This document shows positions 16,151-37,203 of a stretch of DNA of 64,000 nt, piece after piece. This DNA is from the human T2T-CHM13v2.0 reference genome, Homo sapiens. The stretch lies in the NCBI RefSeq assembly GCF_009914755.1, contig NC_060926.1. One strand, given 5' to 3'. The notes beneath the pieces are model-generated. The model did no database searches, had not been told where the DNA came from, and saw only the letters and a list, made by a program, of their open reading frames with translations. Each line of letters starts with the position of its first letter. The first letter of the stretch is position 1. A program made the translations under genes and the position numbers.

Positions 16151-16443
16151 GGCCAGGCGCGGTGGCTCACACCTGTAATCCTAGCACTTTGGGAGGCGGA
16201 GGGAGGAGGATCACCTGAGGTCAGGAATTCGAGACCAGCCTGGCCAACGTAGGGAAACCCGGTCTCTACTAAAAATACAAAAATTAACTGGGCATGGTGG
16301 CAGGTGCCGGTAATCCCAGTTATTCAAGAGGCTGAGGCAGGAGAATCGCTTGAACCCAGGGGGCAGAGGTTGCAGTGAGCTGAGATTGCACCACTTCACT
16401 CCAGCCTGGGCAACAGCCAAACTCCATCTTGCGGGGAAAAAAA
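16151..16443 (+). mobile_element. Alu (S-like) with AAAAAGTAAGTTTCC target-site duplication
   Basis: TSD at ~16136-16150 and ~16439-16453. Confidence 0.9.
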
Positions 16444-17164
16444 GTAAGTTTCCACATTACTTCAGTCATTTCACACTGGTGAAGTATCGATGGTAAAAAT
16501 GGTTTTTAGTGCTCATTATGAATAACTGTTGGATACTTCATCACTCCTCTTCCCTATTGTTAACATAGAACAAGCTGGAGGAGTATCAAAACCTAGAGAT
16601 CATTGATTTTTAAGGACATTTAAGGTAGAGGTATTTTGGGATGAACTAGGACTCCTATCGGGTGGTGTTTGGGAGTGTTCTTTTCCTGTGTTAACACAAC
16701 CTTTACCTACTTGCTTTTGGTTTTGCCCGGAAAGAGGCAGGGAAGAAATCAGTGAGGTGCTTCAGAAGCTTAGGGATGCTTAAACATTGCTTGCACGGCG
16801 CATAAGTGATGGACTTGCTTGCACGTTGGCCACTTCACTGGTTGCTAATACCTCTGCCAGGTTTCCAGAGATTGAAGAAACTGGGTAGAATGTTCTAAAG
16901 GTTTAATGAAAGAATAAATTAAGTATGGGTTATAAGAAACTGTGCTGTAGATTTCAGTTGTCTATGTTGACAATGACCAGAAATAACCAAAAGGCATTCA
17001 AGAGAGCCTAGTAGCTCATTTGGAAAGGAAAGCTAGATTCAGAGATGACACAAAACAGCCCAAAAATGTGGCTGCTGAATCAAAAACAAAAATTCGGATG
17101 AAATAAAAACTTTTTTGCTAATGTGCTTACTCTGGTAGACACATAAATAAAAAGTTCTTCTACT

Positions 17165-17484
<320 letters not shown>

Positions 17485-17583
17485 TCACTGTTTTTCCTTA
17501 ATTGCTCTCTCAGTAAATAAAGTGCCATGCCTGTTACTTAGGATGTTACTTAGTAACATCCTTTGTGTGTTGCTTTCCCACAG

Positions 17584-17704
17584 GTGAATTCATCATTGGC
17601 CGAGTTATCAAAGCCATGAATAACAGCTGGCATCCGGAGTGCTTCCGCTGTGACCTCTGCCAGGAAGTTCTGGCAGATATCGGGTTTGTCAAGAATGCTG
17701 GGAG
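17584..17704 (+). CDS. LIMS3: LIMS1-like exon 4 ([41 protein letters not shown])
   Basis: CCCACAG| acceptor, |GTAGGT donor, 121 nt, in frame. Confidence 0.92.
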
Positions 17705-18138
17705 GTAGGTGGATTTTCATCCTTGTCAGATGTGGGTGGACAATGTGACTGTGACAAGATCATGTGTATTCTCCATGTGGGATGTAAGGCAGTTCTGTAG
17801 GACACTGAATTGAGGGCATGGGAACTCAGACACTGCAGTGTGTTGACTGAGTGCTGCTGCTGGGAGTGGACCCTTGTGTTGCTGTTCACAGGGCATAACT
17901 GCTCCATGCATGGCTGAACTACCAATGGGGGATGTACCTAGATGGAGTTTCTTAAAAATCAGTCATATTAGGGTTGGAACACATTTTTCATGTGGCTTGA
18001 TTCTGCCCCGTGAAGCACAGGAGTGATTTTTTTAAGAAATGGTTTGTTTAATTTCTTTTCAGAGATAAGGGAAGCATATTTCTTTTTAACCATTAGAAAG
18101 AACCTAAAATTTTAAATTTAAGTTTTGACTCTGTTTAG

Positions 18139-18288
18139 ACACCTGTGTCGCCCCTGTCATAATCGTGAGAAAGCCAGAGGCCTTGGGAAATACATCTGCC
18201 AGAAATGCCATGCTATCATCGATGAGCAGCCTCTGATATTCAAGAACGACCCCTACCATCCAGACCATTTCAACTGCGCCAACTGCGG
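18139..18288 (+). CDS. LIMS3: LIMS1-like exon 5 ([50 protein letters not shown])
   Basis: TTTAG| acceptor, GG|GTACTG donor, 150 nt; visible in ORF 18125..18436. Confidence 0.92.
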
Positions 18289-18645
18289 GTACTGGAATTG
18301 TTTCTTTTTTATTACACAAGCAGTGGGAATGAAAGATTACATTTATCTATATTTCTGTTACTCTAGCAAACCAAATTGTTTTTCTCCCATTTTTAGTCTA
18401 GAAAATTTTAAACCTATAGAAGAGTCAGGAGAATGATATAATGAAACCTGTATACCCTTAATTTCATTTCACCAGTTGACATTTTGCCATGCTTGTGTGT
18501 ATACAGTCCACATTCTCGTTTCACCCTCCTATGTATGTGTGCACATGTGCCTGTATACGCATACCTCTAAAATTTCTCATGACTCCCAGTATGCATCTCC
18601 TGAGAATAAGGGCATTTTCCTATGGAACCATGATACATTTTGTAA

Positions 18646-18939
18646 ATTTTTTTTTTCCTTGAGACAGGGTCTCGCTCTATTGCCCAGGCTGAAGTGCAGT
18701 GGGCAATCATAGCTCACTGCAGCCTCACCCTCCTGGGCTCAAGCAGTCCCCCCACTTCAGCCTCCAGAGTAGCTGAGACCACAGGCACACACCACCCTTC
18801 CTAATTTTTTTAAATTTTTTGTAGAGATGGAGCCTTGCTGCGTTGCCCAGGCTGGTCTCAAACTCCTGGGCTCAAGCAATCTACTCATCTCGGCCTCCCA
18901 AAGTGCTGGGACTATAGGCATGAGCCACTGCACCTGGCC
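18646..18939 (-). mobile_element. Alu (J-like)
   Basis: Alu consensus. Confidence 0.88.
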
Positions 18940-19296
18940 AGAACCACAATACTCTTATTATGCCTAAGAAAATTAGCAATAATCTTATAATATCAACTAT
19001 CAGTCCATATTAAAAATATTCCCAGTAGCCCCAGAAATATTTGTCATCACTATGTTTTTCCAGTCGAAGATCTAAAAACAAAAAAAGGTCTTATCTCTGT
19101 ACATGCATAACTTTTACAGTTGTAATAATTAGATATTATCTTAAAAGATGTTGTTATATTTATTTAATTTGGCTTGGTTTATATCTAAAAGAAATATATT
19201 TAATTTTTTGTCTTCAATAAGTTATGATAAATTGTTAGGCTATGAATTTTTCTCAGTTTGCCACCTAGTATAAAAATTTAGTGCATAAAGATTCTT

Positions 19297-20136
<840 letters not shown>

Positions 20137-20391
20137 TTACATAAAAGGGATGAAATTCAAACAAGTCCATTTGACTAATTGGGACCATCTCTGACCAAAT
20201 GTTTATTGATGCAGGAGACTGAAAATAATATTTAATTTGAGTATTTGGAGAAGGAAAATTCTGGGCATTTTGTTGTTTATGAAAATAAACCTATTAACCT
20301 ATAACTCTTTTCAACAGCTTGTGACAATTTAAATAATTGTTAGTAAATGGAACTAGTCTCCCAACTTCTCAGTTTGCTTGGAAAGGTCGTG

Positions 20392-20760
20392 TGTTAGTCT
20401 ATTTTATGCGCCTGTAACAGAATACCACAAACTGGGTAATTTGTAACCAACAGAAGTTTATTTGGCTCATGGTTCTGGAGGCTGGGAAGTCCAAGATCAA
20501 GGGGCTGGCATCTGGTGAGGACCTTCTTCTGCATCATTACATAGCAGAGGGCATCACATGGTGGGGGAAGAGGAGGGGGGAAGGAAGAGAAGGAAGGAGG
20601 CTGAACTCATCCTTTTATAAGGAACCCACCCCCTCAGTAACAGCGTTAATCCATCTGTGAGGGCAGAGCCTTCATGATGTAATCACCCCTTAGAGGTCCT
20701 ACCTCTCAACACCTCTGCATTGGGGATCATGAACTTTGGGGACACAGTCACACCATAGCA
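20392..20760. mobile_element. MST-type MaLR LTR
   Basis: TGTTAGTC...GGTTCTGGAGGCTGGGAAGTCCAAGATCAAGG...ACCATAGCA. Confidence 0.75.
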
Positions 20761-21123
20761 GGTAGTATTACTGAGTCTACCCTCAGCACTGTGATTATTC
20801 CCTGTAGCTTTTAAAGGAAGACAAATGGACTAAAATGGAATGTGATAATACAAGAAGGAAATTATGAATATGACTGGTGTGGTGGTATGTATCTGACCTA
20901 GTCTTGCATCTTATCCTTTTAAGATACAGATGTTTTGGTAGGAGTCTGAAACCTGTTCGGGCCTATTAATTCAGGTTATTCTGATCACCTCTAAAGGGGA
21001 AAAAAGAAATTTGCAGGGATTGTCATAGTAATATCTTTAAAAACCTTCTAAAAAGTGTGCTAGCCCCATCGGTTGGCCATTTTTCTCTCTTAGTATTAAG
21101 CTGGGTGTCTTTCTCACAGACAG

Positions 21124-21274
21124 GAAGGATCTGACTGCCGATGCACAGGAGCTGAAAGGGGAGCTATACTGCCTGCCATGCCATGATAAAATGGGGGTCC
21201 CCATCTGTGGCGCTTGCCGACGGCCCATCGAAGGGCGTGTGGTGAACGCCATGGGCAAGCAGTGGCATGTGGAG
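21124..21274 (+). CDS. LIMS3: LIMS1-like exon 6 ([50 protein letters not shown])
   Basis: ACAG| acceptor, GAG|GTGAGT donor, 151 nt, in frame. Confidence 0.92.
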
Positions 21275-21291
21275 GTGAGTTCTAAATGGTA

Positions 21292-21430
21292 AAGGGTAAC
21301 CAATCCTTTCAAATCTCCATGATTAAGGCGTAACCAATACTTTCAAATCTCCATGATTAAGGGGTAACCAATCCTTTCAAATCTCCATGATTCAGGGATA
21401 ACCAGTACTTTCAAATCTTCATGATTCAGG
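21292..21430. repeat. 34-bp tandem repeat x4
   Basis: TAACCA recurs at 21297, 21331, 21365 and 21399. Confidence 0.92.
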
Positions 21431-21884
21431 TGTCCTGGCAAGATTAGGAGACTCTAAAGATTAAACGTGGACATTTTAAAGACAATTGACTTTGCTGACA
21501 GCTAAGAATATAGAATGTACACTGCTTTTGTGAATGTCTCAGTAATGATACAAGATGTGCACTTTTGCTCCTAAAGCCTTCTTGAAGCAGGAAGTGCCAT
21601 GGTCTGTATCCAGCAGCAGCTCCTCCTTTATAGGTGCTACTGAGATGCTCACCTCTATTCTCTTTTTGGGCTATTATAATAGGCTGTGTCTTAAAGTAAC
21701 CTTCAAAGACAGACACCTGAATTACAACTGCAGAAGTATTATGTTATGGGGCCACCTATGGCCAAATGAAATGACTGTCTCAAACTTTCCTTCATCTTCT
21801 CTGAAAATAGGTTAACTCTGGTGTTTACTTTATTAGATATAAAATATGGCAATTCAAAAATGACCTATAGCAATTTTTTTTCAG

Positions 21885-21977
21885 CATTTTGTTTGTGCCA
21901 AGTGTGAGAAACCCTTTCTTGGACATCGCCATTATGAGAGGAAAGGCCTGGCGTATTGTGAAACTCACTATAACCAG
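21885..21977 (+). CDS. LIMS3: LIMS1-like exon 7 ([31 protein letters not shown])
   Basis: TTTTCAG| acceptor, CAG|GTATTG donor, 93 nt. Confidence 0.92.
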
Positions 21978-23270
21978 GTATTGACCTTAGTCACTGGATG
22001 CTAGATAGACTTTTATGAACCTAAGCTTATCAGTAGTTTAGCTACAAGGAAATCTCTTGGAAGATGTACATTGTTCAGTAGAGATTTGTTTTTAACTTTT
22101 TATTTGGGAAATAATTTCAGACTCAGAAGCTAACTATAAAAATACAAAGAATACCTGTATGTCTTTCATTCAAGTCCACAGTTTGCTTTATCATTTCCCA
22201 CGCTCAGTCTTCCTGTGTAAAACACATACTTACATAAATATTATATACAAGTACGATGGCTGTTTCTAAAGCATTTGCCAATAAGTTCATCATACTCCTT
22301 TACCCCTAAATACTTCAGTGTATATTTCCCAAGAATATGGGACTCTCTAACATAATTGTAGTTATCAATATTGATACCGTACTTTAACCCATTTATTCCA
22401 GTTTTATCACTTGAGTCAGTAATATCCTCACAGCATTTTTTCCACTCCCAGACTGGACCCAGCCTAGGGCTGTGATGTTTCTTTAGCTTTCTTAAATCTG
22501 GAACGTTTCCAGAGTCTTTTAAAATTTTTGATGACATTGACATTTTGGAGGGATGCAGAGGGCCCCTAACCCCTTTTTAATAGACTACTTTCCACTTGGG
22601 TTCACCTGGTGCTTCTCTGTGCTTAGATGAGGTTATACACAGCAGGTTGTGGCCTCATACAGTGGCAGGGCATCTTCTCAGAACCTTGCCCCTGGAGCAT
22701 TTTATACCTCTCCTGCACTGGTGATCTCCCAGGCATGGTGCTGGCTGATAACATCACTGTGAATTACAATTTCCTTCCCTCCTCTGTAAGAAAGAAGCAA
22801 TCTGTGGGCAATCATTCTATGACCATGGAAATGTCCTGTTCCTCATCAACCCGCCCTAGATTCAGCACCCCTTGATGATTCTTGTCTCTGCGCCAGCTGC
22901 AAACAATACTTCTCCAGCCCCATGCCCTCCACCCATAGTCTGGTCCTCAGCGCTCTGCCTGAGCAAGAACCCACCTCCTCTCCCGTCTATAGGTTTATTC
23001 ATTTATCTATTTCTTATCCATATGGACTCACAGATTTCTATATTTTGCATCACTTATTTGGGTGTTCAAACTGTCATCCGGGAAGTTTTTCTTTTAATTG
23101 ATGAGAGTGAATTACTTTCATTGTAAGAAGTAAAAACTTGTCAAAGAACTTTTACTAATTTTCTCTAGTAGTGATAAATCCTCAATTTAGATAGCCAGCT
23201 ATTTTTAAATGTTCAGTGTTCTAAAAATTCTAACACATCTTGAACTTTGACCACCTTTTTTTATTTTCAG

Positions 23271-23319
23271 CTATTTGGTGATGTTTGCTTCCACTGCAAT
23301 CGTGTTATAGAAGGTGATG
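23271..23319 (+). CDS. LIMS3: LIMS1-like exon 8 (LFGDVCFHCNRVIEGD-V)
   Basis: TTTTCAG| acceptor, G|GTAAGT donor, 49 nt. Confidence 0.9.
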
Positions 23320-24302
23320 GTAAGTATCTGTGTGAGTTTTAGATTGGTGCCACTTTGACACAAAAACACTTGGGGAATGTGGAAATTCAGGTTGGTGATT
23401 GCTATGGTTTGAAATGTGATCGTTATCAGTTACTTTTTCTCTATCTTTGGCGTATTTTCCAAGTAATCTGTAGCAGTAAGATGATAATATCAAAGAGTTG
23501 GATTTGTTACTGATTTATGACACTACTTTTGGCCACTGCTGTAGTGTTGTATGCCAGCAATCATGGGAACTGTCCCTGGTGGACCCTAAGACCTGTTTCT
23601 GTGTCCAGTTTCAGGAAGCTCTAGAACAACGTTTATTAGGAAGAGTTTAATCTGCTATCGTAGTTAGCAAGAGGCACTTTAACCTGCACATGCTAAAAGC
23701 TGGCAGTTATCAGCAAGCATATCTAGGACTTACCACCCTTGTACTGTGGTAATTAGGCTGGGCTGATTGATTGGAACAGAAAGGAAGCAGCTGTGTTTGC
23801 TAAGACTCGCTAACACACTTCTGCCAGAGACTTCCTGGCAAAGTTTTGAACGATACTGTTTTCAGCATGATTCATGGCTGCCTGCAGACATCACCTAATT
23901 CAGGAAATACTTTTGAAACTGTTCATGTGCAGTTTGTGAAAACAATCCAGGAAAACAATCTTTAGTGCCATTGAAAATAAAACTTACCTCCCTCCTCTGT
24001 GAAATAGATGCCAGGTGAAAGAAGCTGCAGAGGAAACTGTCTTGTTATCATCAGCTCTGGAAAAAAGACTCCTACAGAGGCAAATAAGTTAATGTCTGGA
24101 TTTTTGAAAATTATTTACCTAGTTCATATTTCCTAGTTGGGCCAACAGCAGTAGGGACAGAAACAGCAAGCTCACCTAAACAACATGATGCATGGACAGT
24201 TGCCACATGTGCCCAGGCCAAGGGGGCACAGTTGCTGGTGTAAGACATGGCACACATCATTTATAACTTCACAGGATACTTAAGGATGGGGGAAGATTAA
24301 AG

Positions 24303-25850
<1,548 letters not shown>

Positions 25851-25978
25851 TTCTTGAGAACCTCCACCAAGTGCCACAGACACAGTCGTAGTTCTGTTTT
25901 AGAGTTGAAATTCTAAGCTGCCCTGCTCCCCATACTGATGTATTTCCATGTGACCAGATCTCTTTCCTCTTTCTCCAG

Positions 25979-26054
25979 TGGTCTCTGCTCTTAATAAGGC
26001 CTGGTGCGTGAACTGCTTTGCCTGTTCTACCTGCAACACTAAATTAACACTCAA
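25979..26054 (+). CDS. LIMS3: LIMS1-like exon 9 ([25 protein letters not shown])
   Basis: CTCCAG| acceptor, AA|GTAAGT donor, 76 nt. Confidence 0.92.
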
Positions 26055-26252
26055 GTAAGTGTACGGTTTTGTCCAGTGTGAATCCTAAGACTGAAAACTT
26101 TGGGGGGACACTGAAAAAAAATCCTAGAATTTAGAAAAAGAGAATTATTTGATTTCTTATTTCCTCTTTCTGTTCAGGCCTTCTGAAAGTAAAGGTTCTT
26201 CCTTTAACTGTTCCCTGTTCTTTCTTCTATTCCTTCTTTGTCCTACTCAAAG

Positions 26253-26400
26253 GGATAAGTTTGTTGAAATTGACCTAAAGCCAGTCTGCAAACACTGTTA
26301 TGAGAAAATGCCAGAAGAATTTAAGAGGCGACTTGCCAAACGGGAGAGAGAAGCAAAGGATAAGGACAAGCAGAAAAAGAAAAAGCCAGTCTGTTTGTAA
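26253..26400 (+). CDS. LIMS3: Alternative terminal exon completing LIM5 ([48 protein letters not shown])
   Basis: Long pyrimidine tract and AAAG| acceptor; phase matches exon 9; supplies the final CxxC; similar to but distinct from the canonical NKFVEFDMKPVCKKCYEK exon. Confidence 0.85.
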
Positions 26401-26541
26401 ACTTTTCTATCCCTGTGTCATCATTTTCACTACTTTCTCCTTTGGTTAGTCCTTTGGAATATGTTTTTGTTCTGTTTCTGTCTTTTGCTTTCTTCCCCCC
26501 CTGCAACTTTTGGGCGTGTATTTGTAGTCATCAGAAATTTG

Positions 26542-26801
26542 GGCCAAGGGGAGCGGATCACGAGGTCAGGAGATCGAGACTATCCTGGCTAACAAGGTGA
26601 AACCCCATCTCTACTAAAAATACAAAAAAAACATTAGCCAGGCGTGGTGGCGGTCGCCTGTAGTCCCAGCTCCTCAGGAGGCTGAGGCAGGAGAATGGCT
26701 TGAACCCAGGAGGCGGAGCTTGCAGTGAGCCAAGACCGCGCCGCTGCACTCCAGCCTGGGTGACAGAGCAAGACTCTGTCTCAAAAAAAAAAAAAAAAAA
26801 A
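26542..26801 (+). mobile_element. 5'-truncated AluY-like element
   Basis: Starts mid left arm (GGCCAAGG...GGATCACGAGG), long A-tail. Confidence 0.88.
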
Positions 26802-27422
26802 GTGTAAGTGGATTAAAAGAGAAACTTGGTCTAGTTCATAATATTTTTAATAGGGCTTTCCCTGGCTGCTGGAAAACTTAGGCCAGTAAGCATCTCTTTG
26901 TTTAAAGTCCTACAAGACAATTTGAAATAATTCATTGTTCATGCCAAAATTCTAAGTACTGTTTTTCTTAGCAAGTGTAACATAATCAGGAACAATGGGT
27001 ACGAGTAAAACATTCTTTGGATGATATTCAGAGCCTTATTAGCACTGCATCTGAATAATAGGTCATTTTGCCTCACTCATTTGCCAAAGTAGCCATTTCT
27101 AAGTTAAGGAAGTTTTTAGATAGGCTCATAGCCTTGTATTTCGTTTTAGATTGTAAGCTCAATGGTAGGGATACTATATTGGTAATTATGTTTTCATATA
27201 GCAACCACCACAGTATATTCTTGGTGCTTAATAAATGTTTATAATTGTTAACAATAACCTGTTGTATATTGTTTAATTTGAATGGTATATATATGAAATA
27301 CGTATGAAAATTGAAGTATTCATGAATATATAATAGAAACAAGTAAATGAATAAAATGACCTGGTTACTATAGATAAGCCAAATTTTGAACCATCTAGAA
27401 CAATGGTGTAGTCTTCCCTCTA

Positions 27423-30669
<3,247 letters not shown>

Positions 30670-31467
30670 TTAGGCAAAGAGACCCGCCTGTAAGAAGAGC
30701 CTGGTGTGATAAGAGAATGTTGAGAAATCCCATTTAGTTGAGGTTAAGCTCTGGTGAGAGATAGGAAGTTGGACACGGGTAGCTAACGTGGACCTATGCC
30801 TAGCACAGCACCTGACGTGGCAGAGGCAGTCAATAAATATCTGCTGATTAATTGTCAGACATTGGTTGGCTTTTGGGATACTGACAACACAGTGTCTTGT
30901 CAGCTAAGAATCAGATCCTGGATGGTGGGGGTTTCATCAAAGCCATTCTACCATACGCAGTCCTGCCAAGCCTCTCCAGGCAAGAGCCCTTTATCTCACC
31001 ATACTATTGCAACCACAAAAAAGGGAATAGTACAAGAAAAGATAGGCCATAATAGATGACTGATGCCAGAGGAATGGGATAGTAATGTGATAGGAACTCA
31101 AAGGATAGAAAAAGCGAACACTCTGTAGTAGAGTGGTCAAGGAAGTTTTCACAAAGGGGTAGGACTTGAGCTTGGCTTTGAACAATAAGGGAAAAAAGTG
31201 AAGGGAAAACCCACAGAAGGGGAGAAATTAGCTGCAAACTATCTATCTGATAAGGGATTAATAACCAAAAGATAGGGTGGGCGCAGTGGCTTACGCCTAT
31301 ATTCCCAGCACTTTGGGAGGCTGAGGTGGGCAGATCACGAGGTCAGGAGTTCAAGACCAGCCTGGCCAACATGGTGGAAACCTGTCTCTACTAAAATACA
31401 AAGCAAAACCAAAATGAAAACCACACAAATTTCATGTTTTTGTTTGGGATTATTGCCTGACTCTCAT

Positions 31468-31730
31468 TCCACCTCTGAGAGATCCCTCCACCACTCCAGA
31501 AACACCAGCACAGCCAGGTGGTCATTGCACCTCTGAGAAACCCTCCTCCACTCCAGAGACACCAGCACAGTCAGGTGGTCGTCCCACCTCTGAGAGATCC
31601 TCCACCACTCCAGAAACACCAGCACAGCCAGGTGGTCATTGCACCTCTGAGAAACCCTCCACTCCAGAGACACCAGCACAGTCAGGTGGTCGTCCCACCT
31701 CTGAGACACCCCTCCCTCAGCCAGGTGGTG
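31468..31730. repeat. ~57-bp minisatellite, ~4.6 copies, alternating A/B variants
   Basis: CACCTCTGAGA at 31470, 31528, 31585, 31642 and 31696. Confidence 0.92.
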
Positions 31731-31881
31731 GTTCCTTCTCAGAATTTCAGCCCCACTTTCTATTTCTTCAATCATTTAGGTTCTGAGAACCCCAAACTCT
31801 TACCTTGGTTCCTCCAGCCTTGGGGTTGGCACAGTTTTAGATCTGTGGCATCTTTTTGTCAAATTCCCTGTATTCAAGTCT

Positions 31882-34628
<2,747 letters not shown>

Positions 34629-35557
34629 TCAAAAATATCCAAGTAATGAAGGCCAAGAATCCCAAGGAAAAGTGGTTCAAGGTAGAAAGCATGGTGAAAA
34701 ATGAAAAAAAAAAAACACCCAGAAATTTAAAATGTGAAATATAAATACACCCTATGATTTATGATACAGAATTCTGCATTGAACCCCAATTCTTTCAGGA
34801 CATGTGATCTTAGATAATACACTCAAGCTGCTTGACACTGAATTTTCTTGAAGGTAGTGTTTGAGAGGTGTTTCCAGCTCTGCTGCAGGAAGCACATCCC
34901 TGTGTGCTAATGCCCTCTGCATAGTGCCTGCCACACAGTAAGAACCAAAAAATGGGCAGTTCTTTGACTCGCAAAACTGTCAAAATGGGCATCCCCAAAA
35001 GCAGAACGCTGGCAAGTGCCTTTAATGACACAAAATTCTGGCACTGGGCACATTTCCTCCCTTCCTCCCTGCTCTTTTGTATGGATCCATTCCCTCCCAT
35101 AGCACAGCGGTTTCCTTCCCCTCCAATGTAGAAATGCCTTTCTAGTGGTGAGAAGGACATGAGTGATACACAGAAATACCTTTCCAAGGCTGCTTGGCCA
35201 AGCTCCTTTTCTGCCCGCCTCTCTTTGGCCACCTCCTGTTGGGGTGAGTGACAGCAGAGAGGGTACCCATAGCAAAGCCCAGCAAGGTTGCAGGGCTACA
35301 ATGTCCAGCAGCCAAGAGCTGAGGTGCCTGCCCACATGCCCAGGCCCCGGCACCCCTGGCTGCAAGCCTCGTGCATCCTCCCAGGCTGACGTGGAAAGAA
35401 AAGATGGGGATCTGGCAACATTTTCACTTGGCAAAGGTAGATGAGCAAAGCCCACACAGCCATGCTGACAGTCCTGGTCTCCTGGCCCGTCCCTACCACC
35501 TCCCTGTGCAGAGCCAAGAGTGCTGTACTCCCTGCTGCCCCAGAGTGTGCCACGTGG

Positions 35558-36058
35558 TGTGATGGTTAATTTCAGTGTCAGCTTGACTGGGCTATGAGGT
35601 GCCCAGATAGCTGGTAATGCATGGTTTCTGGGTGTGCTTGTGAGGTGTTTCTGGAAGAGATTAGCATTTGAACCAGTGGACAGAATAAGAAGATCTCTCT
35701 CACCAACGTGGGCAGGCCTCACCCCATCCACAAGGGCCACACAGAGCAAGACAGCAGAAGAAGAGCAGACTCTCTCTTTCCTTGAGGACTGAAGTCTCCC
35801 TCCCCAGCCCACCCTCACCTTGTCCTCAGGCCTTTGGCCTCATGCTGAATGACATTGTCAGCTTCCCTGGGTCGCACACCTTCAGACTTAGCCTGAATTA
35901 TGCCACCGGTGTTCCTGGGTCTCCGGCTTGCAGATAGCAGATTGTGAGACGTCTCAGCCTCCATAATGGTGTGAGCCAGTTCCCGTAATAAATCTCCTCT
36001 TATCTATATGTCTATATATATCCTACTGCTTCTGTTTCTCTGGAGAACCTTGACACAC
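35558..36058 (+). mobile_element. MLT2-type ERV-L LTR
   Basis: TGTGATGGTTAAT...CTTGACTGGGC...CTGTTTCTCTGGAGAACC. Confidence 0.8.
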
Positions 36059-36508
36059 ACATATGGAGACAGGCGAGGGGAGCTGGTGGGAGCTGACACC
36101 CTCCCCAAGCTTGTGAACCAGGGAGCACTTCTCCCCTAGCCTATGTGAGGAAGGGCGTGGGGTCTTGGGCACAGGGAAACCTGAGCCCCACCAAGATATT
36201 CAGGGGCATGGATTTCTCCCCACCTTTCTGAACTCAGGGCTGCCCACCCCAAACCTTCAAGTTCCACTTTTGGGATATGTGAAGCCTCTTGTCTTTCACT
36301 CTCCCTGGATGCTCCATGGGGAGATTCGGCCCCTAAGGCTCACAGCCTCCTTCACTCCGCTTCCTGCCAAATGCATCTCCAGGCAATGGGGGAGGCCTGA
36401 GAGGCCCAGGGCATGGGGCTTGTTCTTTTTTGAGCATTTTCACTTTTACAAGCCCTGGAACATTTGTTCATTGGGTTTTTGCTTTGTCTTTCTAATGACA
36501 GTCTATTA

Positions 36509-37203
<695 letters not shown>

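Noticed and set aside
26389-26400. CAAX prenylation motif at ...PVCL
   Set aside because: The Cys is second from the end, not fourth.
34907-35818. Longest ORF in the track (303 aa, minus strand)
   Set aside because: Starts inside an MLT2 LTR, has a non-ATG start and no recognisable domain; most likely a chance ORF in GC-rich DNA.
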